A DNA stretch of 50,853 nt, filler included, from Diploschistes diacapsis (taxonomy: Eukaryota): NCBI GenBank assembly GCA_023645945.1. It is 3 parts of 3 records of this genome, joined end to end, with 100 filler letters (N's around TTAATTAATTAA, not from the genome) between each part and the next. Parts side by side here need not be neighbours in the genome. Positions count along the whole stretch, not along the records: positions 16,989 to 33,874 come from JALAIB010000483.1; positions 33,975 to 50,853 come from JALAIB010000484.1; 1 more part is not named here. One strand, given 5' to 3'. Of the stretch, positions 26,100 through 38,725 are shown one piece after another. The translations under genes were made by a program, and so were the position numbers. The first letter of the stretch is position 1. Each line of letters opens with the position of its first letter. Under the pieces are notes generated by a model. It saw only the letters and a program-made list of their open reading frames with translations. It was not told the DNA's origin and did no database searches.

Positions 26100-28207
26100 G
26101 GCCCCTAGCACCTATATCAAGCAGGTACTAACGATGAACGAGAATCTTTCGACTTTACTGTGGGAGAAAAGATAATTTGACTGCTCAGTAAATGAGGTGA
26201 TGGCTTTTCGGGAGGATGTAGCCCTTCACCGCTAGAAAATCTATCGCTCAGGGCTTAGGGGGAGACATAGTAGCACAGTATTGTCAGCTGTGGCTAAAGC
26301 GGGACAACAAGGCTGGCTTTGAAGATTGATCCAGTGAGCTTATGTCGGTGTCACATCTGATTACCATTTGTAATGGTATCAAGCATACTTGACTCTTGTC
26401 CGCTGCACTATTCTGTCCAGGGTCCGGGGATTGTAGGCCGTTATTTCCACTCCGTTGAACACCTTCAACTAACAGGGATGATATAAGAGGCTTAATCTAA
26501 CATGATTTTTTTGATATGGCAAATCTCAAGCCAAGATGATATTATGATAAATAGTCGAAAAAGTTGACTTAGAGATTTAAACATTTCTTGAAGGGGCTTA
26601 TTATTTAATAGCTGTGATGTGACGAAAACGCTATACAACAACTCCCCCGAAAAAAATCTGAAGATTTCGAAATCTATAGAATGGCAGCGCTGTTAATCTG
26701 TTTAGAATTCTAGCGAGGAGGTCTAAGAGTTGGACCACGATGGAGGTTATACTATCGTAAGCCCTAAGTTTGATGCCACGGCCCGTTTTGAATCCTACGA
26801 CACGTTCTGAATTAGTAAGTAGCCCCTACTAGTGCCGAGAGCCGAGAACGAGCTTTACTACCTGCTTGACTTCATCAACATCAAAACCCCCACACCAGAG
26901 GCACCTTTATAATGGCCTAGTAAGTTTCGGATGGGTATAGATCATGACTTTCAAGGTAGCTTTAACGTGTACCCTGTTCGAGTAGATTACACAGCTTTCA
27001 ACTGCTTCCTGTCTTCGAACTACTACTCATTGCTTGTATCTCGACTATAATTGATTGCAGGATCGATATGCTGATCTTAACTGGAGGCTTAGTAAATCCC
27101 TCTTAAGGTTGCATCATAGACAGTCTACCGTTGATTGATACCGTCACAAACAGCGTTTTGAATCAGCCGCTTTGATTGGTCAATTAACCTTCCCCATATA
27201 TGGGTACCTTTGTTTATTGTTCACTTACGCCAACTTACTCCGTCCAAGGCTCGGTCTTCATAATTGTTCTGTCCACAATATCTTGGCTGGAAGTGGCAAC
27301 ATTCTACCTCCACAAACTGGGACTCTCTAAGGCCCTTAAATCCAGAGTTGGTAGAAGCTACTCGTTATTCGAGGTATCCGTTGTGCTCTTTCTCTTTGTC
27401 TCTACCTCTTTGCCTGTACCTCATTATAACTCTAGAAATTATTCTTTTCACGTGCCGCTTGCTTGTGCTACTTTATTGCAAACCTTGTCCAGTCTTTCCA
27501 CCCTCTTCCGAGACCCTCTATGACTCGTAAACTGGACAGTGGTATCTACCATGGTCAGCCCTATCTTGGACGAGCTTATCATGTTTTAAGTTTTGACCGC
27601 CTAGACTTGGGGCCAGCCATGGATTCATCGATTGTCATACCGAGGTTGCCATCCTACCTGGCGTCACATGAACGATTGCTGAGTGGCCATTACATCGTTC
27701 TAGGTATAGGTTCCTATGTACTCATAGCGCAGCATTCCATTATGTAAAATCACAACCATAGTTGCTTTAGCCGCTAGATCTATGCCAGACGAGGTTGAAT
27801 CCATACTGTAAGATGCCAGCAGGCACGGAAAGTACAACATTAAGATGGTCCACACCACAAATTTGTTCTGCTAACAAAGCCAATGCTTGTAACACAAGGC
27901 TACACACAACCTGATCCGATACCAGAGTACTTCGGGAGAGCAATGATGAAATGTCGGTCAGGAAGAAGCCTTCGAGTCATTGAAGGATATGAAGGCAACA
28001 GATGTAAGAAAATAGCATACAACAGGAATCATGACAAGGCGGTAAAGCTGTACGACCTCAAATTGGACGGAACATAAATAGGGGCACGGTATCCTTTCCA
28101 TAACCTTCAGAAACCGGACGAGATACTCTTTCACAAGTACTTGGGAAATATAGCATCGTCTCAGCCTCAGTTATCAAGCTCGAAAACTATACACTGTATC
28201 CTACACC

Positions 28208-29343
28208 ATGTCTTCAATTGAAAACACTACTCAAAGTTCCAAAGATGTGTCCATTGCCCCTTTGCCCACAATCGACTATGCTCGCCTTGATTCCAAAGAC
28301 CCGGGAGAGGCAAAGAGCCTTCTCGATGCCTCTAGGACCCATGGGTTCTTCTATTTGAACCTCAAGGGCGTGGGCACCATCTTGAAGGACTGGCAAGAGG
28401 TCCTCCGTGTTATGGAGACCTATTTCGATCAAGATCTTGCGACCAAAATGAAAGACGACCGTCGAAGCGACACTTATGGGTCAGTCGAATACGGAAAAGC
28501 ACAGTTCCTCGTCCTGCTTTAAAAGCCACTGACATCGTGATAGTTACGAACCTTGTGGGACTTCAGCTGGAGCCATTCGTGGCAAGTCAGACTTCTACGA
28601 AACCCTAAAGGTCAGCACACGGAGATCAAAATCCCATAGGCCACAAGTTAACACGCAAAACGCAACAGATTGCCCGTTCCGATATGCTCGATAAATCGTC
28701 CTCCCTTCCCCAAGCGGCTGGGAACCACCTGGATCTCTTCGACCGCTTCATCCGCGCCTCAGATACCATTACTAAGACACTCCTCGCCCGGCTATCCGAC
28801 AGCTTCGGCCTCAGCGCAGGTTCTCGCTTTGAGGACAAGCACCGCGTCGGCGAAGACTCGCGCACCACGCTGGTCCTTTTCCGCTACCCCAAGCAAGCGC
28901 TCGCCGAGGCGGACGCGGGCGTGGGCCACAACAAGCACACGGACATCGGCACGCTGACACTGCTGTTCAGCGAACAGTGGGGGCTGCAGGTGCTGTCGCC
29001 GGAAACGTCTGAGTGGAGCTTCGTCGCGCCCAAGGCGGATCACGCGGTCATCAACGTTGGCGACTCCCTGCGCTTTCTGTCGGGTCACCAACTCAACTCG
29101 TGCGTGCATCGCGTGCTACCCAAGACGTCGACGGGCCGGCAGGAGGAGCATCGGTATAGTATTGCATATTTCTTGCGCCCGGAGGACAAGGCGATGTACA
29201 GGGATAGTAAGGGACGGATGATCACGGCGAAGGAGTGGCATGATGGTAAATATGAGGTTTTTCGGCAGCCACATGAGAAGTCGACCAAGGACTCCATTCT
29301 GACGGGCGGCATGGAGGCGAACGAGAAGTTGATCGCTGTATAA
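28208..29343 (+). CDS. 2-oxoglutarate/Fe(II)-dependent dioxygenase (IPNS/DIOX-like), 3 exons
   Basis: DIOX_N-like LPTIDYARL...HGFFYL; facial triad HTD(IGTLTLL)...VHRV; 2OG-binding RYS(IAYFLRP); INVGDSL. Confidence 0.92.
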
Positions 29344-30125
29344 AGGATTGTATAGCGCGCATGAGCATGGCTGAGCTAGCCTGTTATGTTAATATGGTTA
29401 TTTCTCTAAAAAGGACTTATCCCAAGATTTGACGTTTCGAACAAAGGTTCTCCCCCCCGCAGGTACAGCAAGTGCTTGCGTAACCAGATCCAATATATAA
29501 GCGCTTACATTGATTTAAGTGGGTAATGATTTCGTATGTCGCCCACCATTGCCCCGAATAAAGGTTAGCGCTGATTAGTGTGGCGCCATACCTCTGCCCG
29601 CACAAATCAGCGCTAACCTTTATTGTGGGGGTCCTTCGTACTATTTTAAGAAAACTCCCTGTATCCGAAGGATTCTTGATAGAGTGGTAACCGTCACATT
29701 TGTACTCCAATTCCTTCCATCTCGCCATCGGAATTGTGAGAGCAAAATCGTTACTCTTTGCAAACAAGCTATTGAGATTACCCTGCTGGCAATACAGTCA
29801 ACTATCAAAGCCTTGCTTTGTGGGTACAGAGAGACATGGACCAGCAAGCAGTAAATGACAGCAGGTGACGTTGTCACGCCAAAGAGGCCGAGCTAGCAAG
29901 AAAACCAAATCTGAGGTAACCATGCTGAGGTAATCATGCCTACATCAAGCTATACAAGCTCAGAGCGACCTGCTATTGAGAGTAAGAGGGAAGATATATT
30001 TCTGCCCTTCTTCGGTCGCTGGAAGTTCAGAGATGAAGTCTTTGCACTTATTGGTCTACCCCTATAACTACGAGGCGTGCACTGTTGATTTCAGAGGTGG
30101 AATTGCTAATGGGACGGTCTAGCTT

Positions 30126-31445
30126 TCAATTTGATGATTCTTCAGTGTCCGTCACAGTCGCTCCGTCTTCTGCCGGTTGCAGCAACTTCCATTCGCAATG
30201 CACTGACCTTCCCCCCACTACCTCTTTCGACAACACATTCACAATACTGTCGGCAATATGTTCGAAGTTGTGGGTTGCTAAGGCCAAGATCGTTGGCCCA
30301 GCTCCGGATAGACAAATCCCCAGCAGCCCTGAGTGAGTCTTCCACGATATTGAGCCTATCACCTCGGCCAGTCCGGGTATAAGCGACTTTCGGTACGGCT
30401 GGTGAATCTTGTCCCGCATGGCTTCGTAGATGAGCTCCGGATCTGGTGGGGACTGGCTGAGCGCGACAGGTAGAAGCGTTATACGTTGTAGATTATAGGT
30501 CTGCTAGGCGTCAGTAGACTCTTATAATGAGTGTATTCCAGACGCACAACATGCGATCGTGGATAGCTTGGCGGCAAGACACCCCTCGCGTCTGCGGTCT
30601 TGACCTCGAAATCCGGTATTATGGCAATGCACTTAATCTCGGGCGCCCACTTGAACTTTATATAGTGGCCAATCCCCTCCGGCGGTTCTGGTGGTGTCAA
30701 GCCGGTATCGACACCGCCAGCAGGTGCGGGTAAGACTTCGCTGAGTGGGATCTCTATCCGAGCCATTGCAGCAGGATCCAATTCGCGGAGGTAGGTTCCA
30801 ACGAAACCTCCGTAGAGCGCCGCTGCCACGTTGTCCGGATGCCGCTCTATCATAAGCACGTAGTCGAGGATACGCTCTTTCGGTAGGCCAAGGCCACCGC
30901 AGACACTCCCAAGTATTACTCCTGCGACGACTGCGGCTCCCGATGAGCCAAGTCCTCGTCCAAGGGGAATACGGTTAACGATGTGGACGTGTGTTTCTGG
31001 CGGAAATCTATGACGGCCATGGCAGCGTAACACATAAAGCGCGCTTTGTGTGATTAGATTTTGATCCGCAATTAGCGGGACTTCTTCTACTCCCAGGCCT
31101 TCGTATGTTATTGCACAGTTGAGGTGCGCCGGCGACAAAGTGGGCTTTGTTGACACATGGACCTCGAGATATATCGAAAGCGCAAGGCCAATCACATCGA
31201 ATCCAGGTCCTTCACTTGGTCAAAAGCGGCCACGAAGAAAGGATGAAATCAATCAAAATTTGAAGAGTACATGTGGTCACAAAATGCCGGAGGTAAACAC
31301 ATGGCGCAAGTAAAGCCACGTACAAGTTGAAGAAAGCAACCCTTACCAATGTTCGCTGATGAGCAAGGGACCTCTGTCGTGTTGTCAGCAGATGCTTGCA
31401 CGGCAAACAGCAATGGCGATTTCACAAACTGATTATTTTCTTCAT
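30126..31445 (-). CDS. THR1: Homoserine kinase (GHMP family), 4 exons
   Basis: Micro-exons give MKKIIKVPCSSANIG/PGFDVIGLAL; IPLGRGLGSSGAA, IERHPDN, MRDKIHQPYR, CLSGAGPTILAL. Confidence 0.9.
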
Positions 31446-31953
31446 TGTGGGTTGTGGGTTATGGTCGACGAGCTGGTCTTGCTTAAAGCATAGTGCTCTA
31501 AATTATCCAGCAACGTTTTCCAATCGAGAGAAGTCCATTTCACAATACACACAACCTATCTAATCATCGCGGATAAGATATTGAAAGATGGAAGTACGAT
31601 ATTGGGAAGCATTACCATCTCCGATTATGGGTCAATGCCCGAACCTTTGAACAACACGGCCAACGTCAACGTGCCAAAAGCCCGGAGCTGTTGAAGCGAA
31701 AATTTCGTCGGTCTCAGGCCTACGTATCCGATTGATTTCATCCCCCGAAGACGCATGCATGATCGTGGATACTATACTGATTGAACGGCCAAGATTCATT
31801 AATGTCCTGCCGCTTTGAAAAGGTGTACACTATGAACGGGGGTCGCTGACATCGTTCCAGATCCCGAAGTTCGAAGGGATTCTTTACTTGATCTATTGAT
31901 AATATCATTTATTTCTGCATATTCTGAGATCTCTAAGCCCGATTATATCTATC

Positions 31954-33874
31954 ATGGAACCTTTGCGGGTGCTGCTGGTTGGTAGCGGAGCCAGAGAACA
32001 TGCACTAGCCTGGAAGTTGAGCCATTCGAAGCATGTCGAAATCATTTATGTTGTGCCGGGAAACGGAGGCATGGCTTCAGCAGGAGGCAAGATTGTGAAT
32101 GTCTCTACTACTAACGCTTCTGATTTCCCCATGTTAATGGCGTTTGCGGTAGAGAAAGGGGTCAATCTCATTGTGCCCGGCTCAGAGGCTCCTATAGTCG
32201 CAGGAATAGAAGGGGCTTGTCGAAGCGGTGAGATGAGAAAAAGCTTCCGAATGCGTGAGCTTTGAGTATTGACGATCTCCGATAGCTGGTATTCGTTGCT
32301 TCGGTCCATCGGCAAAAGCCGCGCGGATGGAAGGCTCAAAGACGTTTGCAAAGGACTTCATGTTGCGGCATAACATTCCTACAGCAGATTACAAAAACTG
32401 CACCGATTATGAAACCGCGCTCAGACACCTCACTAATGGTGATATAGAGCGAGTGGTAATCAAGGCAAGTGGATTGGCAGCCGGGAAGGGGGTTATCATC
32501 CCAGCGAATATAGATGAGGCTGCCACAACTCTAAGAACTATCATGCTAGACAAGGCATTCGGCGCTGCGGGCGACGAAGTTGTTCTCGAGGAGTTTCTAG
32601 AAGGCGAGGAGCTTAGCATATTGTCCTTCTGCGACGGATACACGATCCGTTCTTTACCACCAGCGCAAGATCACAAGCAGATCTTCGATGGAGACCAAGG
32701 ACCCATGACCGGCGGCATGGGCTGCTACTCACCCACCAAGATTGCAACCCCGGAGCTGATCGAAGAAATCCACCAGTCAATCCTACAGCCCACGATAACC
32801 GGCATGAGAAGAGAAGGTACTTAACCCCCACTCGTCCTCCTTTGCATAGTATTAACGATACAGGCTTCCCTTTCGTCGGCATCCTCTTCACCGGTCTCAT
32901 GATCACGGCCCATGGACCACGTGTTTTGGAATATAATGTCCGTGGCGGCGACCCCGAGACCGAGACTCTTCTTCCCCTCCTCTCCGCCGACAGTGACCTG
33001 GCGGAGATCATGGTCGCTTGCACAGACCACTGGCTCGATGCCATCACCATAAACATCGTCCCCAACTACTCCGTTACCGTCATAGCCGTCGCGGGAGGCT
33101 ACCCTGGCAGCTACGCCAAAGGCGACCCCATTACCATAACCTCTCCAACAGCTAGCGGCAATACGACGCTTTTCCATGCCGGCACAGCTCTTGCCCCCTC
33201 GTCCTCCGATGGCGCCGCACCAGCTCTAGTCACGGCAGGCGGGCGAGTTCTGGCCTCCACAGCCGTCGCACCCACCCTCAAAGAAGCGCTCGTTCTCGTC
33301 TACGCCTCCCTCTCCACCATCTCTTTCCCCAACATGCTCTACCGCCGGGACATCGGCCACCGTGACCTAGCTCGCACCTCCCTCTCAACCACTACCACCA
33401 CCAAACCCTCCTTCCCCCAATCCCAACCCCAAGCCCACTCCTCCTCTCCAACAAACCCCGACACCCACTCCTTAACTTATTCCTCAACCGGCGTCTCCAT
33501 CTCCGATGGTAACGCCCTTGTCAAACTTATCGCCCCCCTCACTGCCTCCACCTCGCGCCCGGGCTCGCACGGCACAATCGGCGGCTTCGGCGGCACCTTC
33601 TCCCTCCCGCTCGCCTCCTACCACGCCGAATCCCCGACCCTGATCGCAGCCATCGACGGCGTCGGCACCAAGCTGCTCCTCGCGCAGCGCCTCGGCGTCC
33701 ACACCACCGTTGGCATCGACCTAGTCGCCATGAACGTCAACGACCTCGTAGTGCAGGGCGCGGAGCCGCTGTTCTTCCTTGACTGCTTCAGCTGCGGCAA
33801 ACTGGACGTCGGCGTGGCGAGGAACTTTGTTGAGGGGGTCGCGAGCGGGTGCAGGGAGGCGGGCGCGGCGCTGG
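31954..33874 (+). CDS. ADE5,7: Bifunctional GAR synthetase/AIR synthetase (PurD-PurM)-like protein with atypical GARS motifs; 3' end lost in gap
   Basis: [48 protein letters not shown], then the AIRS domain [35 protein letters not shown]. Truncated at the N-run. Confidence 0.9.
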
Positions 33875-33974
33875 NNNNNNNNNNNNNNNNNNNNNNNNNN
33901 NNNNNNNNNNNNNNNNNNTTAATTAATTAANNNNNNNNNNNNNNNNNNNNNNNNNNNNNNNNNNNNNNNNNNNN
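33875..33974. other. Assembly spacer (N-run with TTAATTAATTAA linker)
   Basis: 100-bp artificial spacer. The real gap must be larger because the remainder of the AIRS domain is missing. Confidence 0.97.
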
Positions 33975-34342
33975 CTTCTTCCCTCCCATCCAATCTAGCC
34001 ATCACACACCCCCTCTACTGCCTACCCACGTTCACCTTATCGCCTTCCCCTCCATCCGCTATACGCCATTCCACCTTCCCCACCTCCTCCCCGTCATCTT
34101 TCTTGACCAGGCGGCCTCGATAGATGGCAGTGTAGATTTCTGATTGCGAGACGCTGCGACTGCAGGGGCACACCTTTTCTAGAAGATATACGGAAGAGGC
34201 TTCAAAGGCCCTATCTACCGACTAAAACAAAGTAAACTTTTTGTACCCATCCCCGGAAAAGGGTTTTCGTAGATTTTTGGGGGGCTGGCGAAACTTCATT
34301 CTATCTTATTTTTATTTTTATTCTGCCCCGCCCTTCTTTCCC

Positions 34343-34510
34343 TAGGCTAGCCGCTTGGTGTACGACGGGACACGGACACGGACGAGGACGCTCCACCCAA
34401 AGATGGACGCTTCCACGGACACTTTTTTTTTTATTAAAAAGAAAACTCAACACGGACGCTGATACGGACATTGCATTGCAGTGTCCCATGGAGGAGTGTC
34501 CGCCAGCCTA
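34343..34510. mobile_element. Short (168 bp) hAT-like MITE related to the 15391-15982 element
   Basis: Ends TAGGCTAGCCG...CGCCAGCCTA (imperfect TIR) with internal ACACGGACAC/ACGGAC motifs. Confidence 0.65.
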
Positions 34511-34672
34511 TTCTGCCCTACTCTGCTGCGTGCGACTAGCTGCGTGATGGTTAAAACATCAAGGTACTCACTCACCCACGCTATAAATAAGGCTGTTTTC
34601 AAGTAGCGCTATACAATGGTCATATTAAGCCACACCATGTCATGTAATGCACCGCTAACCCATTCCGCCTCT

Positions 34673-37600
34673 TCATCTGCCCATCCCATCCTCTTCAAGA
34701 TCGTTACTTGTGCCCACACCCAACTCCAATGATCCGCTCCCTCTCTTTCTACTCGCTTCTTCTTCTGCTTCTTCTTCCTCTTCTTTTTCCTCTTCTTCAT
34801 TCTTTGCTCTCTTCTCCTTTACGTACTCCCCCACCATGATCTCCAGCTTCTTGAAATCGATTGGCTTTGTCATGTAATCGTCCATGCCCGCCTCTCGTGC
34901 GTCGTTCCTCGCCGCTGCGGACGCAAGACCAGTGAGCGCCACGATCGGGACCCGTCGAGTCAAAGCCGTGCTCTGCAGCCTCAGTCCCTCTTCCCCCCTT
35001 ACCTTCCCTTCTTGTGTCGTCCCTTGCCCGGCCTCGAAAGCGCGAATCCGCTGAGTGGCATCCAGCCCGTTCATGACGGGCATGGAGATATCCATGAGGA
35101 CGAGAGCGAATTGGTGTGGCTTGTTGGTATAAGCCTCCAGGGCCTCCTGGCCGTTCTTGGCTTGCACGATGGGCTGCTCGAGTTTGCGGAGGAAGGTGGA
35201 CAGAAGGCGGAGATTGAGAGGGTTGTCGTCCACTATGAGAATTTTGATAGGGCTGTCTGGTTGGGTGGGCGTTGTAGGGGACAACGGAACAGATGGGGAC
35301 GGTGACTCAGGAGGCACGATGACATTAGCGTGTTTTCTTGCAGGGTTTTCGGTAGGAGGCCGTCGGCGATCGAGAACCAGAGCTGCCTCTTGATGTGAGT
35401 GTTTTGATCTTTCGGGAGACGACGAAGGTCCCGTCGACGAGGCAAGTGTCTCAGCTACGCGGGCACTTCTTCTCTGGATGAGTTTGTCGAGAGTTTGACC
35501 TAGCTTTCGAGGACCAATTCTGTGAAGTTCCATTTTAGTGTCGGATGATAGCCAAGAGTCACCAATACACTTACGGTTGCGCGATAATCTCAACCACCAG
35601 CCTACTCTCAGTAATGCGTGGGTCCGACTGAAGAGCAGACAACTCCACTGGATCCCAAGCGAAGAACAGCACAGAGGCCGGTTTTGATGCCGTTCTGTCT
35701 GCCTCCATCTGTGCGAGAATCTTGAAAGATGGTTCCAGTAAAACAATAATGTCCGCCATGTCGGGTTGCCATGAGGTAGACATGCTGATCTGCGCGCCGA
35801 ACCACTCCGTCGCAACCTCTTCCAGGCTTCGCGCCTGCGCTTTCTCGGCGTTGACGATGACCTCAGCTTTAACGGAGGGTGGGATTTCGCTGGTATTGAG
35901 GAGAATTCGCATGCTAAGCTTGGCAATTCCTCTCCGGACGGCCTCTACAGGGAAAGTCCTCGGGGGTACATGCGCGGGCACTAGGTTCTTGTGTACGGAG
36001 GTTGGCATTGTAAGGCTGACCCTAGCATGAGTCCCTCGGCCTTTCGTACTGGTCACTCGGATGTGTCCACCGAGGTCATCCACAATTTGCTTCACGATGC
36101 TGAGCCCAAGGCCAGACCCTGGAGAGATGGCGTCCTCCTGGGAAAACGGTTTGAAAAGGTGGTTTCTTAGAAAGTCGCTCGAGATTCCACTTCCGGTGTC
36201 AGTCACGGAGATTATGATGCCGACTTCGTTTGCGGCGACATCGTCAAAAGTCAGCTTGAGCGTGACGAGACCGTCTTTGGTGTACTTGAGAGCGTTTCCC
36301 AAAACATTCATGATGATTCTTCTGATTGCGCCGGCTTGCATCAGCACTAGCCAGTGTCGACGATAAGGTATGTGCAAAGCGAAGCGTAAACGGCCACGAT
36401 CAGAGACATGCTGGCTTGGGTCATTCTCCAGCTCTCGGGATAGGCGGATTGACGACATCGCATCCTCAAATTTGCTCGGCCCACCCTGTACCGAGTGCCC
36501 CAGCCAAAGCGCCTCTGAGACCTCTTCGACGAGTGCGCTGAGATCGAATGTAGACGCACGTGCTTGCACCACGTATGTTTGGTCCCTCCGGCCCGTAGCC
36601 GATGAATCTCTCGCCAGTCTCGGCCTTGAGGTACTACGTTGGTTTTGCCCAGAGAATGAATTTATCCTTGCAAAATCCATTACGTGTTCAAGAGTATCCA
36701 TCAAAGTACGACTGCAGCTGGAAACCGCGTCCACCATTTCCTGTTGAAACCCGGCGAGCGGTGTGTCATAAAGGAAGTCAAGGGCGCCGAGAATGCCATG
36801 CAAAGGGGAGCGAAGCTCGTGAGATATCGAGGCTACAAAGGATCGCTTTGCTCTTTCAGCGACCGTAGCGTCAAGACGAGCAAGCGACACCATGATGCTG
36901 TTGCCAAAGATCTTGAGGTACTGCAGGTCCCCGTCGAGGTCCGCAGCGGTCCGAGTATTGACTGCGGAGCAGATGCAGCAGGCAAACCAACGTTGGCGCT
37001 CGTAATCCCACAGTGGGAGGATGACAAAGCTTCGAGCGTCAGGACTTAGTTTGAGGAGGGACGAAGTGCGAGATTTTCTTGGTCTTCCTGAGCGAGCTTT
37101 CGGTGATTCAGAATTCTCTCCAGCTTCGCTAGCATCGTTTGCACTGCCTTGCGCTGAAGATCTTTCGGCATTAGAGGCGGGCTCGGAGGACTCTTCCAGA
37201 GTACCATCTTCGCCTGCGAAAATGGAAATCGTCCGGGAACGAGGTTTTCTGCCCAGAACAAGATTTAAATCTCGGCGGGTGAAGCGGGTAAAGCTTCCTC
37301 TAGAGTCCGTTTCAGCTAGAACATCCTTTGATTTTATAGATGATCCCAGCACAGGGCAAGGCTGGTTGAGAACTGGATCGTCACCGATTCCAACACCCTT
37401 AGGAGTGCGTGTATCAGAAGCTGGCTCGGGAGACGAGGAAGATTGTTCTCCCAGCTGGGTGCTATTAGAAGCTCTGTTTTCATGTGCAGGATACTTGCCT
37501 GAATGCGTAGAGAGCTTCGGAGATTCGTGTTCAGTAGTATAAGATGCAGTCATGTAGAAAAAGGAGACGCAATCGTAGTCACAGCAATCACGGATAATAG

Positions 37601-38725
37601 TGGCGGCTCGGGTGAACATGGCCAGAGAGCCTGGCGAGAGGGCCTGCTCCAACATCGTGCCTGGAACGTCAGTGGCCGGTTGTCCACCTTGGCTTGGCAA
37701 TGGGATGTCAGTTGGAGGAGTGGGTGCCGCGGAGTCGGGGGTAGAGTTATGTAAATCTGCAGCAGATTTTTGGGGAACTTGTCTCTCGTTTCTGGGAGAT
37801 GCAATGCCCAAGAGCTGCTCATCGGCCCCTACTTGGGAGTCCACGGCATAAGGCACATTAGAGAGGCCGGACAACGGACTAGCGAAGGACTCTATACCAC
37901 CAATGAGCCTAGATCTTCTTCTGAACTCTGCTTGGACCCGTAAAGTTTCGAGATGGTTCATGGCTGATTGGGCGAGGTCTCGCATGAGATGTCCCTCGGC
38001 TTCGGAAAGACCATGCCTCGGTTTGGTATCAAATATGCAATACACGCCTATTTGCATTCCATCAGTCGCTGTAATAGGAACACCCGCGTAAAATTTTAAG
38101 TTTGGATTAGACTGGACGAATGAATAGTTCAGAAATAGCGGGTCTTGACTCAGATCAGGAATGACGACGGTTCCGTTCTCGTTCCGCGTGGCTGTCTCTA
38201 CGACAGCATTCTTATCAAGAACGATACTACACACTCCCTTGGATCTCTGAAGGACGGCGCCCCCAATCCACATAACATCTTCTTCCCCATGGCGCACCTC
38301 CGATCGCAGCGACGATGTCTGCGTGGCTTCTGCGAGGATATACTGGTGTTTCGAATCAATAAGGGAGATTAGTGCACGATCCACGTCCAGCCGCAAGGCC
38401 CCCAATTGGGCAAACGCCGTTAGAGAGGCGTCAAAGGAGAACTCGGGTAAAGGGCGACTGTCTTTCCAAGAGATGTATTCCTTGGCTTCCTGTTCGCTAG
38501 TGGCCTGTAGCGCGTCCGCAACAGGAGAAAGATATCTGATGTCGAGTCAGCCTCATGTTGTCGACTCCAAAGCTGATAAGCCAGGTGGCAAAACCTTGCA
38601 CCAAATCCTAGTAGCCTGACGAGCTAACAAAAGTATAGAACTTGTGGTGATGAGCGGCTTGCCTACCTGGCAACTAGACATTCCCTAAAGAACTCCGAAG
38701 TCCTTGGGTTCGAGTCGCCCACCAT
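34673..38725 (-). CDS. Hybrid sensor histidine kinase (GAF-HisKA-HATPase-receiver)
   Basis: GAF (LTAFAQLGALRL, FYAGVPI...IGVYCIFDTKPR); H-box ASISHELRSPLHGILG; N-box NVLGNALKYT; G1 DTGSGIS; F-box FKPFSQ; G2 GSGLGLSIV; receiver ILIVDDN...LMDISMPVMNG...YMTKPID. Confidence 0.93.

Noticed and set aside
27200..28077. Short ORFs between the MFS and dioxygenase genes
   Set aside because: Mostly non-ATG starts, no motifs or coherent exon structure; treated as divergent promoter region.
34673..35926. Separate 417-aa response regulator ORF
   Set aside because: It is the last exon of the hybrid histidine kinase; its N-terminal part is an off-frame overlap upstream of the intron near 35522-35573.
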